Part shown: positions 30,182 to 40,474 of the stretch, in pieces
Layout of the letters: each line of letters starts with the position of its first letter
How positions within the stretch are numbered: position 1 is the stretch's first letter
Source: an uncultured virus (IMG/VR IMGVR_UViG_3300042393_000573)
Taxonomy: Duplodnaviria; Heunggongvirae; Uroviricota; Caudoviricetes
Virus record (IMG/VR): IMGVR_UViG_3300042393_000573
Coordinates: 1-64,000 of that record
Length of the DNA stretch: 64,000 nucleotides
Direction: 5' to 3' (one strand)
The notes under the pieces: generated by a model
The model's database searches: none
The model's input: the letters and a program-made list of their open reading frames with translations, nothing else
What the model was told of the DNA's origin: nothing
Translations under genes and position numbers: made by a program

Positions 30182-30255
30182 TACACCAGGTAGGACTTGA
30201 ACCTACGATAGCCGAATTATGAGTTCGGTGCCTTAACCAACTTGGCTACTGGTGC
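30182..30255 (-). tRNA. tRNA with CAT anticodon (elongator Met or Ile2)
   Basis: GCACCAG...CCGAA-CTCATAA-TTCGG...GTTCAAGTC...CTGGTGT; lacks initiator GGG/CCC stem. Confidence 0.9.
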
Positions 30256-30308
30256 ATAGTTCAATTATAGCAAATAATCAAATAAATGTCAACCTTCATT
30301 AATTTATT

Positions 30309-31097
30309 TTATTCTTCTAGCACATTTACTGTAAACATAACTTCATTATTTTCATTTTTAATTTCTTTTATAACGTAAATTTTATCATCTAGATTTGAAT
30401 AATATTGATCAACATTTCCAGAATACACATCTTCTATTGTTTTTCCTAAATATTTGTGATTTGAACAAGACAAAACAGAAATCCAATCTGTATGATTCTT
30501 GTCAGTCCTTTTATTTAGAGATATCCAGTGTTCAGGTTTTTTATTACAAAAATAACATTCAGGGGCCTTTAATCTGTTTAAAGTAACAGACCATTCACCA
30601 TCTTTATCAAAGGCAATCAAATCATTGACATCATATGCCGAATCTTTATCTCTATCTTTTTGTAATGTTGTTGTATGTTCTTTAGTTTTACTTATAGAAT
30701 AGGTATAATCAAAAAGCCCAAGACCGTCTTGAGGAATAGCAGGAGCAGAAAAATGATCTATGATTAGGTCAATATCAGGCAAATCATTTTCTAAAAAAAG
30801 ATCAAATTGAATTTTTGCAGGGTAACAGTTTTCCCAAATTCTACAAGAATAGTATCCATTTTCTAGGATACCTTGAACAATACTTCCAGCATTATCAGAA
30901 TCTATATCTGGTATTTTTGTTCCTACAGGTCCAAAAATTGGCTTTCCTAAATAGTTTTTATGTATTGGCCCGTCTGATCCTGTATCGCACTTATGTTTTA
31001 TGCTATATTCTGTAAGTCCTCTAAAAATATTTATTAAATGAGGAAGATGTGTCACAGGGTTTATAGTAAAACCATTTAAAGTAAGTCTAGTTGGCAT
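30309..31097 (-). CDS. hypothetical protein; N-half resembles a degenerate SAM decarboxylase
   Basis: LNGF...GILENGY.SCRIWE..PAKIQFDLF; C-terminal CYFC..C..H. Confidence 0.4.
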   Translation of the reverse strand: MPTRLTLNGFTINPVTHLPHLINIFRGLTEYSIKHKCDTGSDGPIHKNYLGKPIFGPVGTKIPDIDSDNAGSIVQGILENGYYSCRIWENCYPAKIQFDLFLENDLPDIDLIIDHFSAPAIPQDGLGLFDYTYSISKTKEHTTTLQKDRDKDSAYDVNDLIAFDKDGEWSVTLNRLKAPECYFCNKKPEHWISLNKRTDKNHTDWISVLSCSNHKYLGKTIEDVYSGNVDQYYSNLDDKIYVIKEIKNENNEVMFTVNVLEE

Positions 31098-31101
31098 ATG
31101 T

Positions 31102-31902
31102 TTATCCTTGTGTATTTAAAACGTCATAGTCTAAAATTAAAGATGCTCTTGGAAAATTTGCAACAGCACTATGAAAAACACCAATAGGTATATACATAAC
31201 ATCTCCAGGTTTCATAATGTATGAATCATAAGTCAAAGTTCTTTGTTGTTCATAAGTTAATGAATCTCTTTCTGTACTGTTTTTAATATGATAAATTCTA
31301 TATTCAACTTCTCCAGCGCATGTCCAAGAAACGACAGACTGCCTATCTGAATGACCAGTTCCAACATATTCATTTCCAGCAAAATTTATTAAAGACTTTA
31401 CAGTGTTTAGCATATCCTGTTTATAGAATATAGATAAAAAATTATCAAGATATGGCATGTTGTACCAACTATGTTCAAAAGAAGGTGTCTGTATGGAAAA
31501 ATTTATTTGCTTTATACGTAAAACATGTAAATCTAATTTTTTTAATGAATACATGTTTGTACTTTTGTTGTTATTATTTAACAAAATCTTTGGCCCGTGA
31601 TCCCCATGTTCTTCTTTTTTTGATTCATCATAGATATTTTCACTTACTTCATCAATTATTGGGTTATTATATTGATGATTTATTAAGCCAACAAAATCAC
31701 CCCATTCAGGAGATTGACTCATAAAACCTTTTAAAAATAAAACTTTGCCAGTTTTATCTGATTCTTTCATTTTTAATAATATAGTTTCTCTTATGTTGTT
31801 GTCGGTTGAGGAGAGGGTGAGATCTTCAGAATTTACCTTTGTTTTGTGAGTATTGTCACAATAGGGATAGGTTTTTGACCTACCACAGGTGCATTGCCTC
31901 AT
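31102..31902 (-). CDS. CDGSH Fe-S finger fused to a JmjC/cupin oxygenase
   Basis: CTCGRSKTYPYCDNTH; HSD..MKPGDVMYIP.GVFH. Confidence 0.75.
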   Translation of the reverse strand: MRQCTCGRSKTYPYCDNTHKTKVNSEDLTLSSTDNNIRETILLKMKESDKTGKVLFLKGFMSQSPEWGDFVGLINHQYNNPIIDEVSENIYDESKKEEHGDHGPKILLNNNNKSTNMYSLKKLDLHVLRIKQINFSIQTPSFEHSWYNMPYLDNFLSIFYKQDMLNTVKSLINFAGNEYVGTGHSDRQSVVSWTCAGEVEYRIYHIKNSTERDSLTYEQQRTLTYDSYIMKPGDVMYIPIGVFHSAVANFPRASLILDYDVLNTQG

Positions 31903-31976
31903 ATTACAATTATACCATAGGCCTAAAGTCGGGAATATATTGAAGTATAGTCTAAAAATTGTGCTATAATAAAGTC

Positions 31977-32693
31977 ATGACTATATCACATCCAAACCTT
32001 CAAAGGCTAGACGAGAAACTCTATTACATTCCTAATTTTATTAGTAAGGAAGAGGTTGATTTTGTAAATAAAGTATTAAAAGAGCGAGAAGATAAATCTA
32101 CAAAACACCCATTTGGAGTGGTAAACTACGGTGTCACAGAATCTATCCCAGAAGTTTTTCCTGTTTGGGAAAAGGTTTCTGAACTACTTGCTCCACAATA
32201 TGTTGTTCACCCATTGTTAAGCATGCTTCATTATAAAGAGGGCGCAGGAATGGAACCTCATTGGGATAGTCCTGGTGAAGGAAATCATGAAAACCTAACA
32301 TTACCAGACATATGGTCAACATGTTGCCTATTAGAATTTGGAGTTTGTGTTTACTTTGGGGAGTTTACTGGAGGAGAAGTTTTTTATCCAAAACAAGACA
32401 TAGTTGTACCCGTTCAGCCAGGGGATTTAGTTATTCATGGCGCATTAGAAGATTATGCTCATGGAGTTAAACCAGTCCTTTCTGGATCAAGATACTCATA
32501 TTCAAACTTTTGTTTAGAAGCAATTAAAAATCCAGGAACTTTTAACAATTATGGTACTGAAGAATATAAACTTCAAACAGCAGACCCTTCTCGTATAGAA
32601 GAAACTTGGCTAGACCCACTAAAGAAAAATGATCAACTGGTTATATTACCAGACGAAATGGTTGAAAGAGAAAAACTTCCTTACATTTCTTAA
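31977..32693 (+). CDS. 2OG-Fe(II) oxygenase
   Basis: HWD..FTGGE..HGV..R. Confidence 0.88.
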   Translation: MTISHPNLQRLDEKLYYIPNFISKEEVDFVNKVLKEREDKSTKHPFGVVNYGVTESIPEVFPVWEKVSELLAPQYVVHPLLSMLHYKEGAGMEPHWDSPGEGNHENLTLPDIWSTCCLLEFGVCVYFGEFTGGEVFYPKQDIVVPVQPGDLVIHGALEDYAHGVKPVLSGSRYSYSNFCLEAIKNPGTFNNYGTEEYKLQTADPSRIEETWLDPLKKNDQLVILPDEMVEREKLPYIS

Positions 32694-32701
32694 TTTTATA
32701 A

Positions 32702-33367
32702 TTAAAATTTATTTTTATTGTAAAAATCTTTTGTTTTTATAAATCCAACAAGAACGTATCTTGTAGGTCCAGGATTTACAACTGTTACGCCATGTTTAAA
32801 TTCTTCCGTTCCTGGAAAAAGCACAAGAGATCCAGCCTTTGGTTTTAAAGATATGTTTAAGTTTTCAAAGAAAAGTTGTCCACCTTCATAATTATCATTA
32901 AGGTAAAAAATCGCTGCATACTGAATTGAAGGGTCTGTATGTACATCTGTATGAGAAAATAGTTCAACACCATCATACATTCTTTGAATAGTGTGGCAAC
33001 CAATCAATGCAAGAGACTGGTCTGTTTTTTCTATCAGATCATTTATTCTTTTTATAATTGTTTTAGCAATCAAAGAGTCTGGAATATAAAGATTTTTATC
33101 GGCCCAGTTTTCAGTAATTTCAAATTTACCTTCAGCAACAAGGTTTTCAACATCATCTCTGTTAAATTTTTCCATACAGAAAGTTTTTAAATTTTCTAAA
33201 TAAAAAGAACTCCACTCTGATTCTGTGGTTTTATTTATGATAGCAAGACAGGCATCTATCGTTTCTTGAGGAATAAAATCTTCTACTATAAAAATATTGC
33301 TATGTATTTCTTTAAAACTAACTTCTGATTCTGACAATTCTTTGGCAAAACCTTTTAAAAATGTCAT
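32702..33367 (-). CDS. 2OG-Fe(II) oxygenase
   Basis: HTD..YLNDNYEGG..HGV..R. Confidence 0.88.
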   Translation of the reverse strand: MTFLKGFAKELSESEVSFKEIHSNIFIVEDFIPQETIDACLAIINKTTESEWSSFYLENLKTFCMEKFNRDDVENLVAEGKFEITENWADKNLYIPDSLIAKTIIKRINDLIEKTDQSLALIGCHTIQRMYDGVELFSHTDVHTDPSIQYAAIFYLNDNYEGGQLFFENLNISLKPKAGSLVLFPGTEEFKHGVTVVNPGPTRYVLVGFIKTKDFYNKNKF

Positions 33368-33703
33368 GATTATTTAACTTTTACCCATTAATGATAAAGC
33401 AGGGAGTAAGAGTTCTTCTCTTATTCTATTTTGTTGTATTTCAAATTTAGAAAGATAGGGCTTATTCTTTATTCTTTTTTTATTTTTCGTTGCTCTATTA
33501 ATTTTATGTTGAGATACTTTGTTATTAGATTTTTTCAATTAACTCACTGGCTTTCTGCTACTTTGTCACAAGGACAAATAATTGATTCGGGTAGTTCGTG
33601 AACCTTTGTTACAATAGTAATCATAGTCTCACATTCAACGCATTTATAAATTTTCTTAACTCTTTTGGTCATAAACTAATCATACCATATTCAAATGTAC
33701 ATA

Positions 33704-34153
33704 TCAAGACTTTTGCCCATCCCATGTTCCTATTTTGGTTGTAGCAATGTTGTGATCTTCCCATAGTTTTATTACATTTGGATTGTCATCTACAGCATGA
33801 GTTACATTCCATAGTAAAGTTATTTTATCAAGTATATCTTTTTTTGCTTCATAGTCTGGTCTATTATCGTTATCTGCCCTCATAAATAAACCATGAGATC
33901 TAATATTATTTTTAGCAAGCCACATAGATGTAAGTCCACGATATTTCTCTTTACGTGAAGTAACAACAAGGATAGAATGACCATCACTAACAGAATTATT
34001 TAACATTTCTAAAACATTTACATTTGGCAGGGCATCTATAGAAGCCTCATGAAAGGCATCGTAGTCCCTATTAGAGCCACGAACATGATGCAGATAGGGA
34101 TCTATATTGGCAAGCGTTCCGTCTACATCGTATATATGTGCTGTTGGTTTCAT
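33704..34153 (-). CDS. HAD phosphatase (PseT 3'-phosphatase-like)
   Basis: DVDGTL, VTSR, K, VDD. Confidence 0.85.
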   Translation of the reverse strand: MKPTAHIYDVDGTLANIDPYLHHVRGSNRDYDAFHEASIDALPNVNVLEMLNNSVSDGHSILVVTSRKEKYRGLTSMWLAKNNIRSHGLFMRADNDNRPDYEAKKDILDKITLLWNVTHAVDDNPNVIKLWEDHNIATTKIGTWDGQKS

Positions 34154-34228
34154 ATTATCTATTATATCAAAAATTAAAGTCTGTGTCAAATTGATAATTT
34201 TGACAGCGAATAATGATATAATGTAAAT

Positions 34229-34801
34229 ATGATACCTTTTAATTTAAATAATTTAACTCAAATTGGTGAAGACATATATGTATGTAAAAATTTTTTATCT
34301 AATAAAGATTTGTTAATCATAAATGATGAAATTAATTTAAAGAAAGAATTCTTGTTGGATACTAAAAATACTAGTAAAGAAATTAAAAGTCTTACCATTA
34401 TATATAATAAAATCAAACAAATAGTAAAAGATCCATATAATATTACAAATTCTAGCACCATGAATATATTAAGTGTAGGAGATACCTGGGGTCTACATGC
34501 GGACAATGGTGCCTTTTTAGATATAAGAAAGCAAAGTTTGCTTTTAAAAGAAGGGGAAGAGTTTATATTAAAAAATAATAACATTTTTGGTACTGTTGCC
34601 TATATAAACGATTTTGGTGGTGGAGAACTTAGATACCCAAACCAGTCAATTACTTATAAACCAGAGCCAGGTGATTTAGTTATTCATAGCGCAGAAGATC
34701 ATTGCACTCACGAAGTCCTTAAAGTTACATCGGGAGTTCGATATTCTTATTCAAATGGAATATATGAAAAAATAAAGGTTCCAAAGAATTTAGTTATTTA
34801 A
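34229..34801 (+). CDS. 2OG-Fe(II) oxygenase
   Basis: HAD..FGGGE..HEV..R. Confidence 0.85.
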   Translation: MIPFNLNNLTQIGEDIYVCKNFLSNKDLLIINDEINLKKEFLLDTKNTSKEIKSLTIIYNKIKQIVKDPYNITNSSTMNILSVGDTWGLHADNGAFLDIRKQSLLLKEGEEFILKNNNIFGTVAYINDFGGGELRYPNQSITYKPEPGDLVIHSAEDHCTHEVLKVTSGVRYSYSNGIYEKIKVPKNLVI

Positions 34802-35323
34802 ATCTTTTTTCCACGCATCTAAGTCTAGGCATGCTTCAGCATCTCTAGGTACCCATACTTTCTTTCCATCTTTCCATATAGGCCAGTAGCCTAGGGAACG
34901 CCAATCCATTTGAGCAATCTTAGGTTCTTTACTCAAAGTCAACTTGGCTTTCAAAGATATTTGTCATATAGTTATCTTCTCCTCTTGCTACCTTTGCAGC
35001 AAGCATACGCATGCCAAGAGCGTTGGTAACAGAATCTTGAATCATAATTGATTCAATAGACCTTGCAATCTCTTCTCGTAATGCCATTTCATCTACGCTC
35101 ATACTATTGCTCTACTTTATATGTCATTACAATATAACAAGCAATATACCCTGTAATAAGCGCTGGTATAAGAAATAGTGCGTGTATCATAATTCCTCCA
35201 ATAGTTTTACTTTATATATTTATTATACAGTACAAGTCTTGAGGTGTCAAGTCAGGCATAGAAAGTAGGGCTGATTTAATATAAAAGGTGTATAATAAAC
35301 CTATAATTCTTAGGAGGACTCAT

Positions 35324-36010
35324 ATGACAACATCTATTTATGATATTCCACTAAAATCGTGGGATGGGCAAGAAAATATGCTAAATTCCTATAAAGGCAA
35401 GGTAACAATGTTTATTAATGTTACTGCAGATTGTGGCAATGCCCCTCAATACGGCATCATAGAAATGCTATATCAAAAATACAAAGATCAAGGATTTGAA
35501 GTAGTTGCCATACCAACCAACGACTATTGTGGTCCAGGAATTACTTATGACCAGTATGAATGTGGGATTGATGGTCCAGAAGAGGCAAGAGATTATGCAA
35601 AAGAACTATACAATGTAACCTATGGGTTTTCTGAACTAGTTACATCTATGGTTGGTACATCAATCTCAAATCAAGCATTAAAAAAATTATATCCAGGTAG
35701 AACAGAATCCTTTCCAAGAAAACTGTTAGAGGGAGAAGATGTACATCCAATTTACCAAAACCTTGCAAAAAGTCTGCCAATGTTTGGAAATTTTGAAAAA
35801 TTCCTTGTTAATAAAAATGGCAAGGTTATTATAAGATATGCTAATTCTACTTTGATGGATGCTGCTACAAAAAATGGCTTTAAAGAAACAAGTTCAGGAG
35901 AAGACTTTAAGAATATATCAAATGCAATTGAAGAATTATTAGAAGATAAAGATATAACTTATTACACACACCCTGCTGGAACATTAGCGCCATATGCAAT
36001 AGTTCTCTAA
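35324..36010 (+). CDS. glutathione-peroxidase-like protein (paralog of 27373)
   Basis: INVTADCGNAPQYG, PTNDYCG, GNFEKFLV; SD AGGAGG. Confidence 0.8.
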   Translation: MTTSIYDIPLKSWDGQENMLNSYKGKVTMFINVTADCGNAPQYGIIEMLYQKYKDQGFEVVAIPTNDYCGPGITYDQYECGIDGPEEARDYAKELYNVTYGFSELVTSMVGTSISNQALKKLYPGRTESFPRKLLEGEDVHPIYQNLAKSLPMFGNFEKFLVNKNGKVIIRYANSTLMDAATKNGFKETSSGEDFKNISNAIEELLEDKDITYYTHPAGTLAPYAIVL

Positions 36011-36195
36011 GACTTCTTGTTATTTCTATAGTCTTTAATAAAAACTTCTAAGTCTTCCTGATACTCTTCAAATGTTTTTGAACATTTTGAACAAATAAGG
36101 GTCAGTCCACCATTTTCAAATAAATGTTTTTTTAAGTCACATGACTCTATATTTGCTTTCATATTTAGTATCTTCCAAAACAGTTATTATATTTT

Positions 36196-36417
36196 TTATT
36201 TGCCATGAGTTTTTATCCAAGTTCCTATCTTTCCTTTTTTAACTTTTTCCCTTAACATTTCTGCAAAGCCAGTTTCTACTTCAGATCCAAGGTATTCTTC
36301 TCCTGTTTCTAAATCAATTAGTTTCCATTTTCCAGGTGCTTTTGTATGTATAATTAAATCAACTGGAGTCTCAAATGAAATTACTTCTGATTCATCTTTA
36401 AGGATTCTTCTGTTCAT
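36196..36417 (-). CDS. hypothetical protein
   Basis: ORF track; TKAPGKWKLIDLETGEEY. Confidence 0.55.
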   Translation of the reverse strand: MNRRILKDESEVISFETPVDLIIHTKAPGKWKLIDLETGEEYLGSEVETGFAEMLREKVKKGKIGTWIKTHGK

Positions 36418-36612
36418 ATTATGAAATAAGACCCATAGACAAATGATTTAAGCAGACATCTGCAACTATATATTCGGCGTGATCTACTACCACATCGTAA
36501 TGAGTTGCGTCTTTATCGCAAAAAAAACATTTAGCATTGTTCATATAATAATTATATCATATCCAGAATTATCCAAGTAGGCTTGAAGTGTCAAGTCAGG
36601 TATAAGTTGTTT

Positions 36613-37329
36613 TTATTCTTCTAAAATAAAATTTTGTGGACTGTATAAATCCATAATATACTTGTTTATCTGCTTGAGACTTAGATCTGGTATTTTTAAA
36701 CTATAATCATTTCTAAATTTTGACCAAGAATTATATCTTTCAATTAACCGATATTCTAATGACCAAAACCATAAATTATTAAATTTTATATTATTACAGA
36801 TTTTCTCTATTTCCTGCTTGGTTGGCTGTGTTTCACCTTCATAATGATCAAAAATTGCCCAATCATAAGTCTTTGTATCTTTGTATAGTCCTATATCTTG
36901 AACAACTAATTTAATTTTTTCATGTAATTTGTTGTTTTCTAAAAATATATCTACAACATCTTGACTAAATTCAATTACTGTAACAGATTTAACTTCTGGT
37001 TTAGAGGCTATCCATTGAGCCAATACTCCAAAACCTAAACCAGACAATAAGACATCTCCATAACTTAAATCATATGAAGAATAAAGTTCATTAACTTCAT
37101 TTTTATTGTTCATGTCTAAAGCCATCCATTGTTTTTCTCCAATATATAATCTATAAACATCTTTGTATTCAATTATTTTTGCATTACCTTTAATTGATTG
37201 TTTTATAATAGGAAAAGGCAAATCTAAATGATCTAGCATATTCGGATTATCTTTTAGATTCATAACATTTATTTTTTCTCCTAGGTCAAAGTGAATCGTA
37301 TCGCAAGAAGCACACTTAAAATTGTTCAT
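36613..37329 (-). CDS. class I SAM-dependent methyltransferase / spermidine-synthase-like protein
   Basis: VLLSGLGFG..VTVIE..D..YD.AIFD. Confidence 0.7.
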   Translation of the reverse strand: MNNFKCASCDTIHFDLGEKINVMNLKDNPNMLDHLDLPFPIIKQSIKGNAKIIEYKDVYRLYIGEKQWMALDMNNKNEVNELYSSYDLSYGDVLLSGLGFGVLAQWIASKPEVKSVTVIEFSQDVVDIFLENNKLHEKIKLVVQDIGLYKDTKTYDWAIFDHYEGETQPTKQEIEKICNNIKFNNLWFWSLEYRLIERYNSWSKFRNDYSLKIPDLSLKQINKYIMDLYSPQNFILEE

Positions 37330-37384
37330 ATACTAAGTATAACATATCTAGAATTATCCACGGCATATCAAGTATAATAGACCT

Positions 37385-37699
37385 ATGACCCTACTCTATA
37401 TACTCTATAGCCCACGACATAAGGCTATCAAGATAGGTATATCAGATGTAAGCGGAAGAAGGTTTGCAAGCCATAGGACCAAGGGTTGGATATTGATTAA
37501 GTATTGGTGGTTTTCCGAACGGGATAAAGCAAGAACAGTAGAAACCCTAGTACTAAGAACACTAAGGGCAAAGCATGGTTCTTTCCTGGATAAGGCAGAT
37601 ATGCCACAAGGAGGTTATACAGAGACCTTTGATGCATCCAAGATAACTCGTAGGGGTTTGATCCGTATGGTTAATAAGGCAGCAAAAGATTCATCGTAA
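37385..37699 (+). CDS. GIY-YIG/T5orf172-like nuclease
   Basis: LYILY..IKIGIS..RR..E..GYTETF. Confidence 0.6.
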   Translation: MTLLYILYSPRHKAIKIGISDVSGRRFASHRTKGWILIKYWWFSERDKARTVETLVLRTLRAKHGSFLDKADMPQGGYTETFDASKITRRGLIRMVNKAAKDSS

Positions 37700-38451
37700 T
37701 CTTTTATTAGCAGCACAAGTAAGACATACAAAAGGCTCGTCATCTTGTTTGATATATAATTGATCACATTTGCTACAGGCTATTTTATATGGCTCCCACT
37801 TAGCAAACTTACTATATGATGACTCAAACCTGTCCATTGATCTATTATATCATTACTCAAAGTCTGTTTGTGTTTCAAAGATATCCACAGGCTGTCTATC
37901 ATCATCCATAGCCCCACAGACAGCACAGGTTACCTGGCCATCAAGGTCTAATTGGTAGTCGCACCCATACTTTGTACATGTCATATATACATCATACCAT
38001 TCGGCGAAAAAATTGTCAAGTCTTTAAAGTTCGGCGAAAATAGAGGTAGTAAACCTCTCTATGCCCTACACGGGCACTATTGGTGAGTAGCCTTCATATG
38101 CCGAGCAAGGGAATCATGAGCAAAGATACCCCATCTTAGATCCCATTCCTTCTTACAAATCGGACAGATTAATATCCTCATCACTCTCCCATATAACTAA
38201 ACATTTTGTACACTGTATCCCTGGCTCACGCATATACCAGGTGTGATCGCATTTACCAACCATTTAAACACTCATTCCTGCTGTGGTATAGTCTAATCTT
38301 GGTCAATATTTTGCGGGACGGACCAGAAATATCATCCTTACAAGTACTACACCTATAAGACCATTCTCCAGTAAAGAAGTCATGCACATAGCCCTTAGCG
38401 TTAGCATATTTCTTGGCTACAAAGGTTTGGAATGGATCAGGTATCTCCATG

Positions 38452-38736
38452 TTAATCATTACGGTCCCAAACTAACTTGGTAAAACTCCTCCAAGACAAC
38501 TGTTCTTTGTCTAAAGCCTTCCAGTGCCTATGTGATTGAACATATACTGCTGCATATGCAAGGGCAGAGAAGATAAAACCATATTGCTCAGTAGTAATAG
38601 CGTATATCATCCATAGGGTCTCATTGAATAGAAGAATATACCAGCCGAAGAAACTCTTACGGCCAACAAAATATATACCTGCGACCCCAATGACAGCGAG
38701 GACCCATGAGGCATAGTCTTGCATAAATTGGTTCAT
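38452..38736 (-). CDS. PnuC-like small membrane protein
   Basis: three hydrophobic segments, GW..NE.LW.IYA..QYGF. Confidence 0.5.
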   Translation of the reverse strand: MNQFMQDYASWVLAVIGVAGIYFVGRKSFFGWYILLFNETLWMIYAITTEQYGFIFSALAYAAVYVQSHRHWKALDKEQLSWRSFTKLVWDRND

Positions 38737-38792
38737 ATATTGATTGTATCAGAAATTGCGGGGGATGTCAAGAAAGGATCGTAATCCCTATA

Positions 38793-39392
38793 CTAGTAAG
38801 TATTCCCTATAGCGTCAGAATCTGGAAAATATTGAAATACTAAAGATGCTCTAGGTTTGTTATTAATAACCTGATGTACCACCCCAGCAGGCACATATAC
38901 CACATCTCCTGGTTCAAGGACTACGGAGTCATACTCGGCACCTTCAATGCTTATTTTCTCCATATCCTCTTCTTTAACATTTTTATAGAATCTCCACTCA
39001 ATGGTACCAACACAGTGCCAGGAGATAACAGCGTGGTCATCACTATGGATCCAGTATTCCTGCTCATTGCCTAGGAAGTTAATAATACTTTTAATTGAAC
39101 TGATTTTATTTTTTGTCAAACCTTTTATAAGGCTTTGTGCCTCTAATGACTTATCAAATAGTCTAGTGGTTTTGTCTTCTATAGCATTAAAGATGATGGG
39201 GTCAAACTTATTATAAACCATAATGTGGTCTGTAAGGTATCTACGGTCTGGATTATTTTTATTTTTGTCTTTGTCTCTATTGTAGTTATAATCAAAGTTT
39301 TCTATGAAATCTGACCAGTTAGGCACATCTTTGCATAGCCCCCTAAATAGGGCATATGTCTTGTTGTTGGAGGCTTCTATAATTTTATCCAT
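38793..39392 (-). CDS. JmjC/cupin oxygenase
   Basis: HSD..LEPGDVVYVPAGVVH. Confidence 0.8.
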   Translation of the reverse strand: MDKIIEASNNKTYALFRGLCKDVPNWSDFIENFDYNYNRDKDKNKNNPDRRYLTDHIMVYNKFDPIIFNAIEDKTTRLFDKSLEAQSLIKGLTKNKISSIKSIINFLGNEQEYWIHSDDHAVISWHCVGTIEWRFYKNVKEEDMEKISIEGAEYDSVVLEPGDVVYVPAGVVHQVINNKPRASLVFQYFPDSDAIGNTY

Positions 39393-39622
39393 GTATATAT
39401 CATACCATAGGGGGAAGTATCTGGTGTATCGTAATCTTTATTTACCGTCGCATTTTTGACATTGTTTTGTAACATCTTCTCTACCATACTGGGTTTGATA
39501 CATACCACCACATTCATAGCATAGGACATTGATCATAGGGTTTGTATAGCCTAAAGAGAATTTGTTATATGATGATTCGAATCTGTCCATTGGTCTATTT
39601 TATCACATTATGGTTAACAGAG

Positions 39623-39811
39623 TTATACATAGTCTGGATGGTCTAATGGAGTAGGAGCAGTGATAAGACACTTACATTCTACACATTGGGCATCATCCAA
39701 AAGATACATCTGAATCTCATAAGTTTGTGGATCAAACTCTACAGTAACCCTCAAGAGTGTAGAGCCACAACAAGGACATGCAGGTGTTGGGATGCCTCTG
39801 ATATCTAACAT
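39623..39811 (-). CDS. small zinc-ribbon protein
   Basis: CPCCG..CVEC. Confidence 0.6.
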   Translation of the reverse strand: MLDIRGIPTPACPCCGSTLLRVTVEFDPQTYEIQMYLLDDAQCVECKCLITAPTPLDHPDYV

Positions 39812-39864
39812 ATATCTATCATATCATAGAGTTATCCACAGGTCAATTATGGTACAATATTTGT

Positions 39865-40413
39865 ATGTCAATAACAAGAATAAATAACATTTTTTCAAAA
39901 AAAGAAATAGATCATATAAAGAAAATAATATCAGAAAGCCCAACAATTATTGATAATGAGTTAGGCAGGATTCAGGTTCGTGATTTAGAAAGCCTACTAC
40001 TCCCAGAGACTATTGAGAAACTAAAGGAGATTGGCAAACCTTTAGAGATGGGCTCTGCCATGTCTGTAGAGTATAGCCTTTTATATGGAAACCCTGAACT
40101 AAATCCTCATTTTGATGGAGACACTAATGACCTGATTGTTAGTATACAGTTAGAGTCTAATACCGTTTGGGATATAGGGTTAAACCTAGAAACTTATAAG
40201 TTAGAGGATAACTGTGCCTTAATCTTTAATGCAAATAAAGAAATTCATTGGAGGGTTTTGAAGCATTTTAAAGAAGGAGAGTATATTAGGATGATGTTTG
40301 TAAGGTTTTTAAATCCAGAGAATTTGTCAGATTACTCTCACCTTTCAGTCCCAAATAATCCAATGCTTGATGAGGCATATAGGTTTAGAGATAGCCTAGG
40401 CTTTATTTCATAA
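39865..40413 (+). CDS. 2OG-Fe(II) oxygenase (HWR type)
   Basis: PHFD...IHWR. Confidence 0.7.
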   Translation: MSITRINNIFSKKEIDHIKKIISESPTIIDNELGRIQVRDLESLLLPETIEKLKEIGKPLEMGSAMSVEYSLLYGNPELNPHFDGDTNDLIVSIQLESNTVWDIGLNLETYKLEDNCALIFNANKEIHWRVLKHFKEGEYIRMMFVRFLNPENLSDYSHLSVPNNPMLDEAYRFRDSLGFIS

Positions 40414-40415
40414 AG

Positions 40416-40436
40416 TTATCCACAGGTTTATCCACA
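40416..40436 (+). promoter_or_regulatory. two DnaA boxes
   Basis: TTATCCACA at 40416 and 40428. Confidence 0.7.
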
Positions 40437-40474
40437 GATTAATCTTACTGATTATCTTATTAGACACCCTAGAA

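Noticed and set aside
27373..36010. Selenocysteine in the GPx-like genes
   Set aside because: Active-site codons are TGT (Cys); no in-frame TGA
38155..38166. ACAAATCGGACA motif copy
   Set aside because: Lies in a small minus-strand ORF where it encodes CPIC; coding explains it
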